Below, in pieces: positions 49,632-59,906 of a stretch of 64,000 nucleotides of DNA. Each line of letters begins with the position of its first letter. The first letter of the stretch is position 1. Source of the DNA: a bacterium (GTDB lineage Bacteria > UBA8248 > JACPRG01 > G963555815); the NCBI GenBank assembly GCA_965261595.1, contig CBDHDG010000006.1, positions 1,312,001-1,376,000 of the forward strand. Reading direction: 5' to 3'. Under the pieces are notes generated by a model, which was not told where the DNA came from, did no database searches, and saw only the letters and a list, made by a program, of their open reading frames with translations. Position numbers and translations under genes: made by a program.

Positions 49632-50464
49632 GGATTCCCGCCGCGCGCGGCTTGGGGCCTTCCGAAGAGGAGCGTTTTCCCGAGCTGGGGACGGCCGGCG
49701 GTTTGAGTGGTCTCGAGTTGTCCCCGAATGTGAGTGACGAGACGGCCGAACCGGACGTCCGTCTCGATGCCAATCTCCCGCGGCCGCGGCAAGTCCACGG
49801 TGACGACATCCCGAATCGTTCCCGGGCGGGCGGAAAACACCACCACCCGATCAGAAAGGAAGACCGCCTCGGAAATGCTGTGGGTCACGAAGAGGACGGT
49901 CTTCCCGCTTTGCATCCAGATGTCCTGGAGCTCCAGATGCATCTGCTCCCGGGTCAAGGCGTCCAACGCCCCGAACGGCTCGTCCATGAGAAGGAGCGGG
50001 GGGTCATGGATGAGGGCCCGGCAGATCGCGGTCCGTTGCTGCATGCCTCCGGAAAGCTGGTAGGGATACTTGTCCTCAAAGCCTTCCAGTCCCACCAAGT
50101 CCAGGAGCGCGCGGGCGCGGCGGGTGTAATCCCTCTTGTCGAGCTTCCGGACCTCGACCTGAAGCAGGATGTTTCGAAGGATCGTTCTCCAGCGGAGCAG
50201 GACCGGGTTTTGGAAGACAAACCCCACATCCTGGGTGGGCCCCCGGACGGACTGTCCCCGGATCCGCACCTCTCCCCCGGTCGGGTGCAGGAGTCCGGCG
50301 GTGATTTTCAACAGGGTGGTCTTCCCGCAGCCGCTCGGGCCGACGAAAGAGACAAACTCTCCGTCCAACGCCTGAAAGTCGATGTCCTTCAGGGCGCAGA
50401 GGGTCTCTCCCTCGTCTACATAGTCCATTCGCAATCCTGCGAACTCAATGGTTGAATCCATCAT
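49628..50464 (-). CDS. ABC transporter ATP-binding protein (TauB/SsuB type)
   Basis: GPSGCGKT, LSGGMQQR, LMDEPFGALDALTRE. Confidence 0.95.
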   Translation of the reverse strand: MMDSTIEFAGLRMDYVDEGETLCALKDIDFQALDGEFVSFVGPSGCGKTTLLKITAGLLHPTGGEVRIRGQSVRGPTQDVGFVFQNPVLLRWRTILRNILLQVEVRKLDKRDYTRRARALLDLVGLEGFEDKYPYQLSGGMQQRTAICRALIHDPPLLLMDEPFGALDALTREQMHLELQDIWMQSGKTVLFVTHSISEAVFLSDRVVVFSARPGTIRDVVTVDLPRPREIGIETDVRFGRLVTHIRGQLETTQTAGRPQLGKTLLFGRPQAARGGNP

Positions 50465-50582
50465 CCCTTTTCCCGAGACTGCCCCAAACCGGCCTTCCCG
50501 GCTTTCAAGCGTTCAGAAAAAGATCTAGGGAGAGGAGGGATCGGCCCTCCTCTCCCTTCGCCCGATCGTGACCGGGCCGCCC

Positions 50583-51587
50583 TTAGGGAATAAAGGCGTT
50601 GCTGAAGTAGTTGTTGGGCGGCATGGTCTTCTTGATGAGCTTGTTCTTCTCGAGAACATTCTGGGTCCTGGCCCAGTCGGCATCGGCCTGCCAGCCCAGG
50701 GGCTTGCCTTTCGTGGCTTCACTCACCAGGAGATTGAAGGTCCACCGGAGCTCCTTGCCCAAGACCGCCCGCTTCTTGTGAGGAAAGCGCTCTTTCACAT
50801 AATCCGCGGACTCATCGGGATGGGCCTTGGAATACACGATCCCTTTTTTGACGGCCCGCAGGAAACGGCGGATGAGCCTGGGATTCCCTTTCTCGGTCGC
50901 GGTGTTGATGATAATGCCGTTGGCCACCACATTCATTCCCCAGTCGCCCAAATGCATCGCGCTCACCTTCGCCCCCTTCCCTTCCAGGCTGGGGACCTCG
51001 GTGACGCTGTAACCGATCATCCCGATCACCTTCCCGGCGAGCAGGGCGCGGGATTTTCCGGACCGTCCCAGCGCGGCCAGCCCGACCTGGCAGGGATTGA
51101 TGTTATTGGTCTTAAGGAATGCCGCGAAAAGCGCAGTTCCCGAGCCCTTTCCGCTTGTGCTCACCGTCTTCCCCAAGAGGTCTTTCGGAGATCTGACGTT
51201 CGACTTTTTCAATGACACGATGGCCAAGGGGCTTTTCTGCATGATCCCGAAGACGGATTTTACGGGGATTCCGCGGGTGACCCCTTGGAGGGTGCTCACG
51301 CCGGCGGCGAAGGCGAACGTATCGTTCTTCGCGCCCATGAGTTTGACCACCGTGCTTGATCCCGTGCCCTCTCCGATCTTCACGGACATTTCTTCGGCCT
51401 TGTAAAAGCCCTTTTTTTCTCCGATGAAGAAGACGGCATGGGTCCCGTAGATCTTCCAGTCCAGCCTCAGGGAAACGTCATCGGCCGCCACCGACGGTGC
51501 GACCCATCCGGTGGTGATCGCAAAGACCCCCGCGAGGAGCGAAAACCCCATTTTGAATAACCACTGCCGGCATGCTCTTGCTCTCAT
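50583..51587 (-). CDS. ABC substrate-binding protein (NMT1/THI5/SsuA-like)
   Basis: Signal peptide. LRLDW, KGFY, GTGSS, PKDLLGKT. Confidence 0.9.
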   Translation of the reverse strand: MRARACRQWLFKMGFSLLAGVFAITTGWVAPSVAADDVSLRLDWKIYGTHAVFFIGEKKGFYKAEEMSVKIGEGTGSSTVVKLMGAKNDTFAFAAGVSTLQGVTRGIPVKSVFGIMQKSPLAIVSLKKSNVRSPKDLLGKTVSTSGKGSGTALFAAFLKTNNINPCQVGLAALGRSGKSRALLAGKVIGMIGYSVTEVPSLEGKGAKVSAMHLGDWGMNVVANGIIINTATEKGNPRLIRRFLRAVKKGIVYSKAHPDESADYVKERFPHKKRAVLGKELRWTFNLLVSEATKGKPLGWQADADWARTQNVLEKNKLIKKTMPPNNYFSNAFIP

Positions 51588-51631
51588 CTTCTCTCCCTCC
51601 CGTTTGAAAACTTCCTTTTGGAAAACAACCC

Positions 51632-52495
51632 TCACGCAGTATTCTCCGCACCCTCTTTCGAGACACGGACCCCTTGCTGCTTCTCTCCCCGGACGACCAC
51701 ATGCCAGGGCAGCAGCCACTTCTCAAGCTGGATCACCACGAAAAACAGGCCCCCCCCCAGAATCATCAAGAGGATCAACGTGGAGAACAGAAGCTCGGTG
51801 TCGAGCTCGGTGTTCGCGTATTGCAGAAGATAACCGAGACCGCGATCGGAGCCGATGAATTCTCCTACGATGGCTCCGATGAGCGAGAGGGTCACGGCCA
51901 CTTTTAGGCCCCCGAAAAAATACGGGAGCGCGTTTGGAATCCGAATCTTGGAGAAAACCTGAAAATCACTTGGGGACATAATCCGGATCAGGTCCAATTC
52001 GTCGTTCTCGACCGATTTCAAGCCCAGGGCGGTCTGAATCACAATGGGGAAGAAGGCGATGATGAAGCTGATCAGAACTTTCGGGAGGATCCCCCACCCG
52101 AACCAGATAATGAGCAATGGACCGATGGCAATCTTGGGGAAACATTGCGAGAACACCAGAAGGGGCATGATGGCCCGTTCGAGGGTCTGGGACCAGACCA
52201 ACATCATGGCGAAAGGAACGCCGATCACGATGCTCAACGCCAATCCCCCAATGGTCGCGTTGACGGTCGCCACACTGTGGCGCATGAGCAGATGAATCTT
52301 CTCCACCAGGGTGATAAAGACCGATTCCGGAGGCGGCAGAATATAATCCGGGACCTTGAAGCCGTGGACGATGAGCGCCCAGAGACCGATCGCCACGATG
52401 ACGGCGGCCGCCGGGTACAGGACCCGGATGAAGGCGGGAGGTTGTACAGCCCGGATCTGGACCGGTTTTCCCCGGGCGGAGTCCTTTTCGTTCAC
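51632..52495 (-). CDS. ABC permease (TauC/SsuC type)
   Basis: YILPPP, PKIAIGPLLIIWFG, GAIVGEFIGSDRGLG. GTGA overlap. Confidence 0.93.
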   Translation of the reverse strand: MNEKDSARGKPVQIRAVQPPAFIRVLYPAAAVIVAIGLWALIVHGFKVPDYILPPPESVFITLVEKIHLLMRHSVATVNATIGGLALSIVIGVPFAMMLVWSQTLERAIMPLLVFSQCFPKIAIGPLLIIWFGWGILPKVLISFIIAFFPIVIQTALGLKSVENDELDLIRIMSPSDFQVFSKIRIPNALPYFFGGLKVAVTLSLIGAIVGEFIGSDRGLGYLLQYANTELDTELLFSTLILLMILGGGLFFVVIQLEKWLLPWHVVVRGEKQQGVRVSKEGAENTA

Positions 52496-52782
52496 GGGTG
52501 GGCCTCCCCCGTCTCCAGATAGACGTGGAGACAATCCGGTTTGCAGACCTCTTCGCAGCTGTAGCAAAGGATGCAGGCATCGAGTCGCAGGATGTAGGCC
52601 ACCTTGACGTCGGTATCCAGCTCCAGGCAGTCCGTTGGGCAGGCCAATACGCAGAGGTCGCAGCCCGTGCACGCCTCCTTATCGATTTCGAGGGAAAGCC
52701 CCGGAGAGGGGATGAACGGAGGCGGCTCCCACGCCGACCGGTCCGGTTTTCGTTTGAGACTGGCGACACCTGTCGATCTCAT
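52492..52782 (-). CDS. 2x[4Fe-4S] ferredoxin
   Basis: CTGCDLCVLACP, CILCYSCEEVCKP. Confidence 0.93.
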   Translation of the reverse strand: MRSTGVASLKRKPDRSAWEPPPFIPSPGLSLEIDKEACTGCDLCVLACPTDCLELDTDVKVAYILRLDACILCYSCEEVCKPDCLHVYLETGEAHP

Positions 52783-54581
52783 TCCACCTGCACCTCTTCC
52801 TTTTCCCAGATCAGCTCATCCTCGCTCCCCATGCTCTTGGGACGGCCGGCCTGGGCCGCGGGATCCGAAAAAGAACGATGCCGTTCGGTCGGGAGCCGCA
52901 CCCGGGTGACCGGGACGTCGATTTCGGACCTTTCCATCCCGTCGGCCGTCTTTAGGATACAAAAATTCTTCAGGAACCGGTCGTTGTCGATCTCCGGACA
53001 ATCCTCCCGATAATGTGTTCCACGGCTTTCGGCCCGGGCGAGTGCGGACCGGGCGGTGATCTCGTGCGAAAGGAGCATGTATTCCGCCTCCAGGGCGGTG
53101 CGAAGCTTCCGGGCTCCGGGGGCGAACAGTTTCGGCATCCGGTTCTTCCGGACGTCTTCCAGCGCCTCCAGGCAGCGCGTCAATCCTTCCTCCGAGCGGA
53201 TGACGCCGACCCCCTCCCAGCCGATCCGCTTCAAGTCCCGGGCCAGTTCGTCCGGATCCCCTTCCGGTGTCGGCTTCCGCTCCAAAAGCTCCGCGATGCG
53301 GCTGAGGGATCCCTGCAACCGCTCCTCGGGGTAGGACCGCGTGGAGATGCCGGCCGCGCGCTGCGCCGCCTCACGGCCCGCCCGGGCCCCGAATACGAGG
53401 CAGTCGGTGAGCGCGTTTCCTCCGAGCCGTCTGGCCCCGTGAATCAGGCCCGCCGCCTCTCCGGCGGCATACAGACCGGGGACCGTGCTCTCACAGACAT
53501 CATTGATGTGGATGCCCCCGAGATTCGTGATGGCGCCGGGAATCACCCGCATCATTTTCTCCTGGATCGGAAAATCCCTGAGAATGGCGTCCCGGTTATG
53601 TCTGCCCGGAATGTCCTTGTCCCAATACTCCGGGGGAACGTGGCGGCAATCCAGAAACACGGCACCATCCTCGTCGCGGCCTTCGTGGATCTCTGTGGCG
53701 ATGGCCAGGGAGATGGTCTCGCGGACATCAGGCGGAAGCGCCCCATAGCGGACGGGGAAGGGATCATCCATCGTTCCGACGACCTTCAGGTATTTCGGCA
53801 GGAAGGCCTCGCCCTCGGAGTTGACCAGCTTCCCATAAAACCTGGCGAAGCAGGGGAGGACGTACCACATCGGGAGACCGGGTTCGTCCAGGATGTACGG
53901 GTCGAACATGACGAACTCCATCCCGATCAGCTCCGCTCCCGCTTCATAGGCCATGGCGTAGCCGTCGCCGACAATGGCCAGGGAGACGTTGTTGCGGGCA
54001 AAGGAGGCCCCCGCGCCCCCGGTGGTCAGGATGACCGCCCCCGCCCGGATCTCGATAAACTTCTCGTTGAAAAAGCTGAAGAACAGCCCTCCGACGACCT
54101 CGCCCTCCTCCACCAAAAGCTCGATGAGGATGGTATTGACGCGGGTCTTCACCCCCTGGGACTTGATGTTGGAAGCGAAGGCCTTCGTCACGTCGTAGCC
54201 TCCGTGCTCCGAAGTGCCCTGGGTGCAGAGAGACATGAAGTTCTTGATCCCGACGTCCTCCAGCTCCAGGACACGGGCCGGGGCCTCGATGGTCAGGGCC
54301 TCGACCAGGGGCTGCTCGCTCATGTAGTCGCCGTAGTAGATGGTGTCCTGAAAATGTCCTTCGGGCGTCAGGTATTGTTTCTCGATCAGGGTGTCCATCC
54401 CCGGGAGACAGGTCTTGAAGCCTCCCCCCGCGAAGGCGCTGTTGCCGGTGAGGCCGATCAGCCCCTTGTCTACCAGAAGAACATTCGCCCCGAACCGGTG
54501 GGCCTCGGCCGCGGCGCGCAGCCCCGCAAGACCCGCTCCCACGACCAGCACGTCCACCGAATGACTGAAGTGCGGGATCAT
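52779..54581 (-). CDS. Second SdhA/AprA-family FAD oxidoreductase (paralog)
   Basis: VVGAGLAGL, GLYAAGE, HGARRLGGNAL, RAESRGTHYR. Confidence 0.92.
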   Translation of the reverse strand: MIPHFSHSVDVLVVGAGLAGLRAAAEAHRFGANVLLVDKGLIGLTGNSAFAGGGFKTCLPGMDTLIEKQYLTPEGHFQDTIYYGDYMSEQPLVEALTIEAPARVLELEDVGIKNFMSLCTQGTSEHGGYDVTKAFASNIKSQGVKTRVNTILIELLVEEGEVVGGLFFSFFNEKFIEIRAGAVILTTGGAGASFARNNVSLAIVGDGYAMAYEAGAELIGMEFVMFDPYILDEPGLPMWYVLPCFARFYGKLVNSEGEAFLPKYLKVVGTMDDPFPVRYGALPPDVRETISLAIATEIHEGRDEDGAVFLDCRHVPPEYWDKDIPGRHNRDAILRDFPIQEKMMRVIPGAITNLGGIHINDVCESTVPGLYAAGEAAGLIHGARRLGGNALTDCLVFGARAGREAAQRAAGISTRSYPEERLQGSLSRIAELLERKPTPEGDPDELARDLKRIGWEGVGVIRSEEGLTRCLEALEDVRKNRMPKLFAPGARKLRTALEAEYMLLSHEITARSALARAESRGTHYREDCPEIDNDRFLKNFCILKTADGMERSEIDVPVTRVRLPTERHRSFSDPAAQAGRPKSMGSEDELIWEKEEVQVE

Positions 54582-55297
54582 GAGACCGTCTCCGCCAAAC
54601 CCGCTTCCGGCGCGGCGCCCTGACTCTTTTCTCCCCAGAAGGCGCCCAGGAGCCGCTGGCGAGTCAACTGGAGATGGCGCTCCATGACCCCCCGGGCCTG
54701 TTCCGCGTCCCGGCGGCGCAAGGCTTCGATCAATTCGACGTGGTCTCCGCCGGTTTCCTCGAGCTGGGGTAGGGAATAGCTGATGAAGATCACCCTCAGG
54801 AGGTCTTCGAGGACTTTCGTGATGGCCCGGGCCATGGACCGGTTGCCGGAGGCGGCCGCCAATTTCCGATGAAACAGGATGTTGGCTCCTGCATACGCCT
54901 CCAGCTCGTTCTGTCCACCCAGGCGGTTCCCGGCCGGCGGCTGCGGAAGGATGAGCCCCTCCAATTCATCGAGCTCGGCCGCCGATATCCGACTTGCGGC
55001 CAACTCGATGGAGACGCATTCCAGAATCTCGCGGAGCTCGAGATTTTCCACCACTTCCTGAGGATCAACGGGCGCCACGAGATATCCTTTGCGCGGAAGC
55101 AGCCTGATGAAGCGGTCCTTCACCAATTCCGAGAGGGCCTCGCGGACAGGGGTCTTGCTTACGCCGAAGGTACGGGCCAGATCCTTTTCCTGGAGAAATT
55201 CTCCGGGAGGGAGGACTCCGGTGATGAGATCGTTTTTCAGGCTTGCGTAGATCCGGTCCTTGATGGATGCCTTGTTTTCCGAGATTTCCGGCAGCAT
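54578..55297 (-). CDS. GntR/FCD transcriptional regulator
   Basis: LARTFGVSKTPVREAL, FH, H..L. Confidence 0.95.
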   Translation of the reverse strand: MLPEISENKASIKDRIYASLKNDLITGVLPPGEFLQEKDLARTFGVSKTPVREALSELVKDRFIRLLPRKGYLVAPVDPQEVVENLELREILECVSIELAASRISAAELDELEGLILPQPPAGNRLGGQNELEAYAGANILFHRKLAAASGNRSMARAITKVLEDLLRVIFISYSLPQLEETGGDHVELIEALRRRDAEQARGVMERHLQLTRQRLLGAFWGEKSQGAAPEAGLAETVS

Positions 55298-55350
55298 TCA
55301 GACACCCCTGGATTGATGTCGAGGACCAGATACTCTACTGATATTTCTTG

Positions 55351-55379
55351 ACGATATCAAAAGTATTTCTTTTTGTCAA
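55351..55379 (-). promoter_or_regulatory. Sigma70-type promoter of gntR operon
   Basis: TTGACA (55379-74), 17-bp spacer, TATCGT (55356-51). Overlapping GATA..TATTTC repeats may be operators. Confidence 0.7.
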
Positions 55380-55728
55380 CCATCATTTTCCAATTTTTAG
55401 AGGTCGCCGAATCATCCTTCAGAATGAGGGGGTGGAAGGCCCTTTGGCTCTTTCGATTCAGCCGATCTCCTCGATTTACCCAGGATTCTGAAAATGCGCG
55501 TACGAGCGGACCGAGCCTGTCGCGAGTCCTTTCGGAAGTCTCGGACTCGCAAAATGGTAGTGCCTTGCTCGAGGTTTCATCCTCCCGGAAACCATGCCGG
55601 GGTGCATGAAACGTCAGCGTTGATCCGGCCAGGAGCTTTGTGTTAGCCTTCTCTCAAAGACAAAATCCCGAAATTTGTCTTTGGGGCCGCATCATTCCGG
55701 AAAGCGGCGCCGGGTGAAATTCCCCCGG

Positions 55729-55801
55729 GGCGCGATCGAGCAGGTCGTCCTGGCGGAAGAATTGGGGTTCGAATCGGTCTTCATCAGCGAATGCCATCTG
55801 A
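55729..55801 (+). pseudogene. LLM flavin-dependent oxidoreductase N-terminal remnant
   Basis: AIEQVVLAEELGFESVFISECH. Confidence 0.6.
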
Positions 55802-55811
55802 GGAAGGAGAT

Positions 55812-57176
55812 ATGGCTGACACAACCTTGATCAAGGGCCGCTTTGTTCTGACGGTGGACCCCGAGGACCGAGTGATTGAGCGTGGAGGCGTGGTGATTCA
55901 GGGGGATCGGATCGCGGCGGTTGGAAGCGCGGAAGAGCTGAAGAAGGAATACCCCGGCTGCGAGGTTGTGGACGGCGCCCGTCACGCCGTGATTCCCGGG
56001 CTCGTCAACCTCCACATGCACTCCGGGCTCCTCCGAGGAACCGCGGAGGACCTGCCGGTTTTCGAGTGGCTCTACAAGTACATCGATCCCATGCACAAGG
56101 CGCTGAACGAGGAGGAAGCGGCGGCGGCGTCCATGCTCTCCTATGCCGAGAACCTGAAGGCCGGCGCCACGTGTGTCCTGGACATGTACCGGTATATGCA
56201 CCGGGCGGCGGCGGCGGCCGAGCGCCTCGGCCTCCGGGCGAACCTCGCCCCGTACGTGGCCGATCGGCCCGGTTACGAGTATTTCGAGAGCCCGGAAGAC
56301 AACCGGCGCCTGATCGAGAGCCACCATGGCTGCGCGGACGGCCGGGTCCGGGTCTGGGTCGGCCTGGAGCATTTGACCTATTCCACGGACGCCGCCTTCA
56401 AGAAGGCGGTGGAATGGGCCGACAAATATGGCGTGGGAATCCACATTCACGCGGATGAATCATTGAGCATGGCCCAGACCGTTGAGCGCAATGAGGGCAA
56501 ACGGGAAGTGGAAATCCTTCACGACAAGGGCCTGTTGGGGGAGCGCACCATCCTTGCGCACTGTGTCTGGCTGAGCCAGCCGGAGATGGCTCTGGTGGCC
56601 GAGTCGGGCACCCGCGTGGCCCACTGTCCCGTCTCGAACCTCAAGCTCGCCTCCGGTGTCGCTCCGGTTCCGGAGATGCATCGTCAGGGCATCATCGTGG
56701 GAATCGGCAGCGACGGGGTGAAGGAGAACAACAGCCTCGAGCTCTGGGATGAGATGAAGGTGGCGTCGATCGTGCAGAAGGGATACCGGATGGACCCCAC
56801 CCTGGCGACGGCCCCGACTGTCTTCCGAATGGCCACCATCGACGGAGCGCGGGCCCTTGGGCTGGGGGAGGAGATCGGCTCCCTGGAGCCGGGCAAGAAG
56901 GCGGACCTCGTCCTGGTGAACCTCCATACGCTGCACATGGCGCCGGTGCTGGGCGGCGAGTTCTACAACGTGACGCATAACCTGGTGTACGCCACCCAGG
57001 GCAGCGACGTGGAACACGTCATGGTCGATGGGAAATGGGTCGTCCGCGATGGCGGACTTGTCAACGGGGACGAGGGCGAGATCATTGATCGGGCGACGGC
57101 CGCCGCCGTGTCTCTGCTGGAGCGGCGGAAGCAGTTCGTCCCGCATGACATCAAGAGCCCTTTGGAGATTTTCTGA
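55812..57176 (+). CDS. Amidohydrolase (MTA/SAH deaminase-like)
   Basis: PGLVNLHMH, HIHADE, AHCVW, HCPVSNLKLASG, GSDG, GKKADLV. Confidence 0.93.
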   Translation: MADTTLIKGRFVLTVDPEDRVIERGGVVIQGDRIAAVGSAEELKKEYPGCEVVDGARHAVIPGLVNLHMHSGLLRGTAEDLPVFEWLYKYIDPMHKALNEEEAAAASMLSYAENLKAGATCVLDMYRYMHRAAAAAERLGLRANLAPYVADRPGYEYFESPEDNRRLIESHHGCADGRVRVWVGLEHLTYSTDAAFKKAVEWADKYGVGIHIHADESLSMAQTVERNEGKREVEILHDKGLLGERTILAHCVWLSQPEMALVAESGTRVAHCPVSNLKLASGVAPVPEMHRQGIIVGIGSDGVKENNSLELWDEMKVASIVQKGYRMDPTLATAPTVFRMATIDGARALGLGEEIGSLEPGKKADLVLVNLHTLHMAPVLGGEFYNVTHNLVYATQGSDVEHVMVDGKWVVRDGGLVNGDEGEIIDRATAAAVSLLERRKQFVPHDIKSPLEIF

Positions 57177-57220
57177 GGCTTGGCGGCGAGGAGCGACACC
57201 TCGCGTGCGCGCCCTCGGCC

Positions 57221-57445
57221 TTACGACTCTTCCCGCCGGAAGGGGAGGGTGAAGGCCGCGGGAAATTCGGCTCTGCGGGAAACACCGACCATCGCGGCGA
57301 TCCTCACCACATACGGCAGGACCTGGAACAGCTGATAGGGAACCGGAGTGTTCATCCCCTGAAGACGGAGCTGGAGCGCGTCGGTTGCGCCGAACAGCAA
57401 GGCGATCGCGAAGGCCGCCCAGGGTTTCCACTTGCTAAACAGGAC
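57221..57445 (-). pseudogene. Nucleoside/sugar ABC permease C-terminal remnant cut by IS3
   Basis: FSKWKP...LLFGATDALQLRLQ...LPYVV. Confidence 0.8.
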
Positions 57446-58857
57446 TGGAGTTACCCCGTTTCAGTGGACAGTTTAGGGCTGTCGTCCCCAGCCCTGAGGT
57501 GGGCGACAGCCGGTGGACGTAAAGTCTTCTCCCGATCCGATAGATAGGGTGCCCCCGGGGGGTATGTCTTGACCTTTGGCTCGCTGCTCCGGGAAGCACC
57601 GGGGACGGCTCGAGCCGGACGATGAGCGTTGCGCACTGCACGTGGCGTTTCCTTCGCCGCGGACCGCTCGAAGTCGTTGGGGCTGAGGTAACCCAGGGCC
57701 GAATGACGACGGCGTGGGTTGTACCAGCCTTCGATGAATTGGAAGATCGCCAGGCGCGCTTCGGCCTGGGTACGGAACGAGCGCCGGTCGATGAGCTCGC
57801 ACTCCAGCGTGGCAAAGAAGCTCTCGGCCATGGCGTTGTCGAAGCAATCCCCGGCCGACCCGGTCGAGGGAACCACCCCCATCTCCCGGCACCGCTTGCC
57901 GAAGGCGAGCGAAGTGTACTGTGATCCCCTGTCGGAGTGATGCACGACCCCGTCGGGGCGGCGCTGTCCCAACGCCATGTTCAGCGCCCCGAGCACCAGT
58001 TCGGTGCGAAGATGGTGGGTCATGGGACCATCCCACCACCCGGCGGCTGAACACGTCGAGCACGATGGCCAGGTACACGAACCCCGTCCAGGTCGGCACG
58101 TAGGTCACGTCGGCCACCCAAAGCCGATCCGGCGCATCGGCCTGGAACTGGCGTTCGACCCGGTCCGGGACCACACAATGGCTCTGGTCCACGCGCGTAG
58201 TGCGCATGCCTCGGCGTCGGCTCACCCCGGCCAACCCTGCCTCGCGCATCAGCCGAGCCACCCGTTTGCGGCTCACCCGGCAGCCGCCGGCCATCAGCTC
58301 GGCATGGACCCGAGGCGCCCCGTAGGTGCCACCAGATACCTCGTGGATGGCCCGGATCGTGCCACGCAACGCCTCCTCGCGCTTCGCACGATTCGAACGC
58401 CCACGGCTTCGCCACGCGTAGTATCCGCTGGGGGAGACACCCAGCCGACGGCACATCGTGGCCACCCGATGGCAGGCCTGATTCGCCTTCACGAGCTCGA
58501 AGACTTCGCCCGGACCGAGCCGGTCTCCCGAGCGAACCAAGCCGTAGCTTTTGCCAGTATCTCGCGTTCTTCGCGAAGCTGACGATTGTCCCGACGAAGC
58601 CGCCGTAGCTCCTCGAGCTCTGAGCTTGTCAGACCGTCCTCACGACGGCCCTCGTCGCGGTCGGCCTGGCGCACCCAGTTGCGAATCGCCGAAGCGGAAC
58701 ACTCGAACTCCCGGGCCAGCTCCCCGGGCGTACGGCCCGAGCGAACCAGCTCAACCATCTGGCGCCGGTATTCCGGCGCGTAGGGTGAATGAGTTTTCGG
58801 CATCTGAACACCTCCTCCCCACAGTCTGAAGGTGTCCACAAAAACGGGTCAACTCCA
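57446..58857 (-). mobile_element. IS3-family element, copy 2 (orfB frameshift near 58026)
   Basis: Near-identical to 32313-33723, IRs at both ends, orfA 58489-58803. Confidence 0.95.
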
Positions 58858-58974
58858 TGGCCGGAGTTGCGGGCTTGGCGGGCTCGATCACCGGATTCTG
58901 GTTTGGTTCAAGGCGTCTTTCGCAGGCGCCGGGACAGCCGGTTCCGCCAGCTGGGGGCGCGGATGCGGGTTGAA

Positions 58975-59495
58975 TACACTCGGCCACAAGACCCTCGTCG
59001 GCGCCCAGATGCGCTACGCCGTCCACGACCGCAGCGGTTGGCCCGTCGCCATGCTCGGCTTCAGCACCGCCGCGTGGAAGCTCGCCCCTCGAGACCGCTT
59101 CATCGGTTGGACGCCGCAACTGCGCGAGAAGAACCTCCCCCTCGTGGTCGACAACCCGAGGTTCCTCATCCTGCCCTGGATCAAGATCCCCAACCTGGGC
59201 TCGCACATCCTCGCCATCGTCCGCCGGCGCCTGCCCGGGGACTGGACCGGGCGCTACGACACAACCCCCGTGCTCATCGAGACCTTCGTCCAGACACCGC
59301 GCTACACCGGCGCCGTCTACAGGGCATCGGGCTGGATCCATGTCGGAACCACCCAGGGACGCGGACGCTACGACAGGCACACGAAACGCGCCCAACCGAA
59401 AAAGGACATCTGGCTTCGCCCCCTCAGAAAAAATTGGAAACGAACCCTCAACAGCTAAAGTCAGACCACCCATCACGGCCCGGCCGAACGATTAC
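58975..59495 (+). mobile_element. DUF4338-encoding element remnant (3' CDS to 59458 and right end)
   Basis: GAQMRY, AAWKLAPRDRFIGW, RFLILPW, IETFV, YRASGW..VG.TQGRG. End ...GGCCGAACGATTAC. Confidence 0.8.
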
Positions 59496-59503
59496 CAACA
59501 GGG

Positions 59504-59738
59504 GTAAGCATTCAGTCGTGGGGTGATAGAGCGGACTACAGCACCGGCTGGGTCTAGCTTGACAGCGGGTGCACGGACATGATGACCAAGTAGAGAATTT
59601 TGGCCGTGTACCGCAACCGCTTGATTCTCCTGCCGCCATCGAATTGCGAAAGCACTGGGTCGGGGCGACCACGTTCGGACAGGACAACGGACCGCTGCTG
59701 GCCCCGGCGCCATCATCACCCCACGAGCGAACGGTTAT
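59504..59738. mobile_element. 235-bp MITE with GTAA-type ends
   Basis: 24-bp imperfect IRs sharing TCGTGGGGTGAT. Flanks CAACAGGG / CGACAGGG (7 of 8 identical). Confidence 0.75.
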
Positions 59739-59906
59739 CGACAGGGACTCGCCGAGATGCGCAGGAGTTTTAACGAATCCGCTTTCATTTTGATTACGGA
59801 CTGCAGAAGGCAGGTTCCGAATGAGATTGGAAATTATGTATATTCTCAATAATATCAATAGTATAATAGGATCTCACGGCTGGAAAGAACGGCTTTACGG
59901 CTGAAT

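Noticed and set aside
46651..54581. Calling the flavoproteins sdhA, frdA, nadB or aprA
   Set aside because: Key residues differ and the partner subunits are absent
32313..58857. Composite transposon or inversion between the two IS3 copies
   Set aside because: No matching flanking duplications in any pairing
58975..59458. Druantia defence system from DUF4338
   Set aside because: Fragment only, bounded by an IS-like end, with no other dru genes
38873..59495. 20.6-kb composite transposon bounded by inverted GTAATCGTTCGGCC
   Set aside because: The 14-nt match is real, but the flanks (AGCCGCGG vs CAACAGGG) show no duplication. More likely independent remnants
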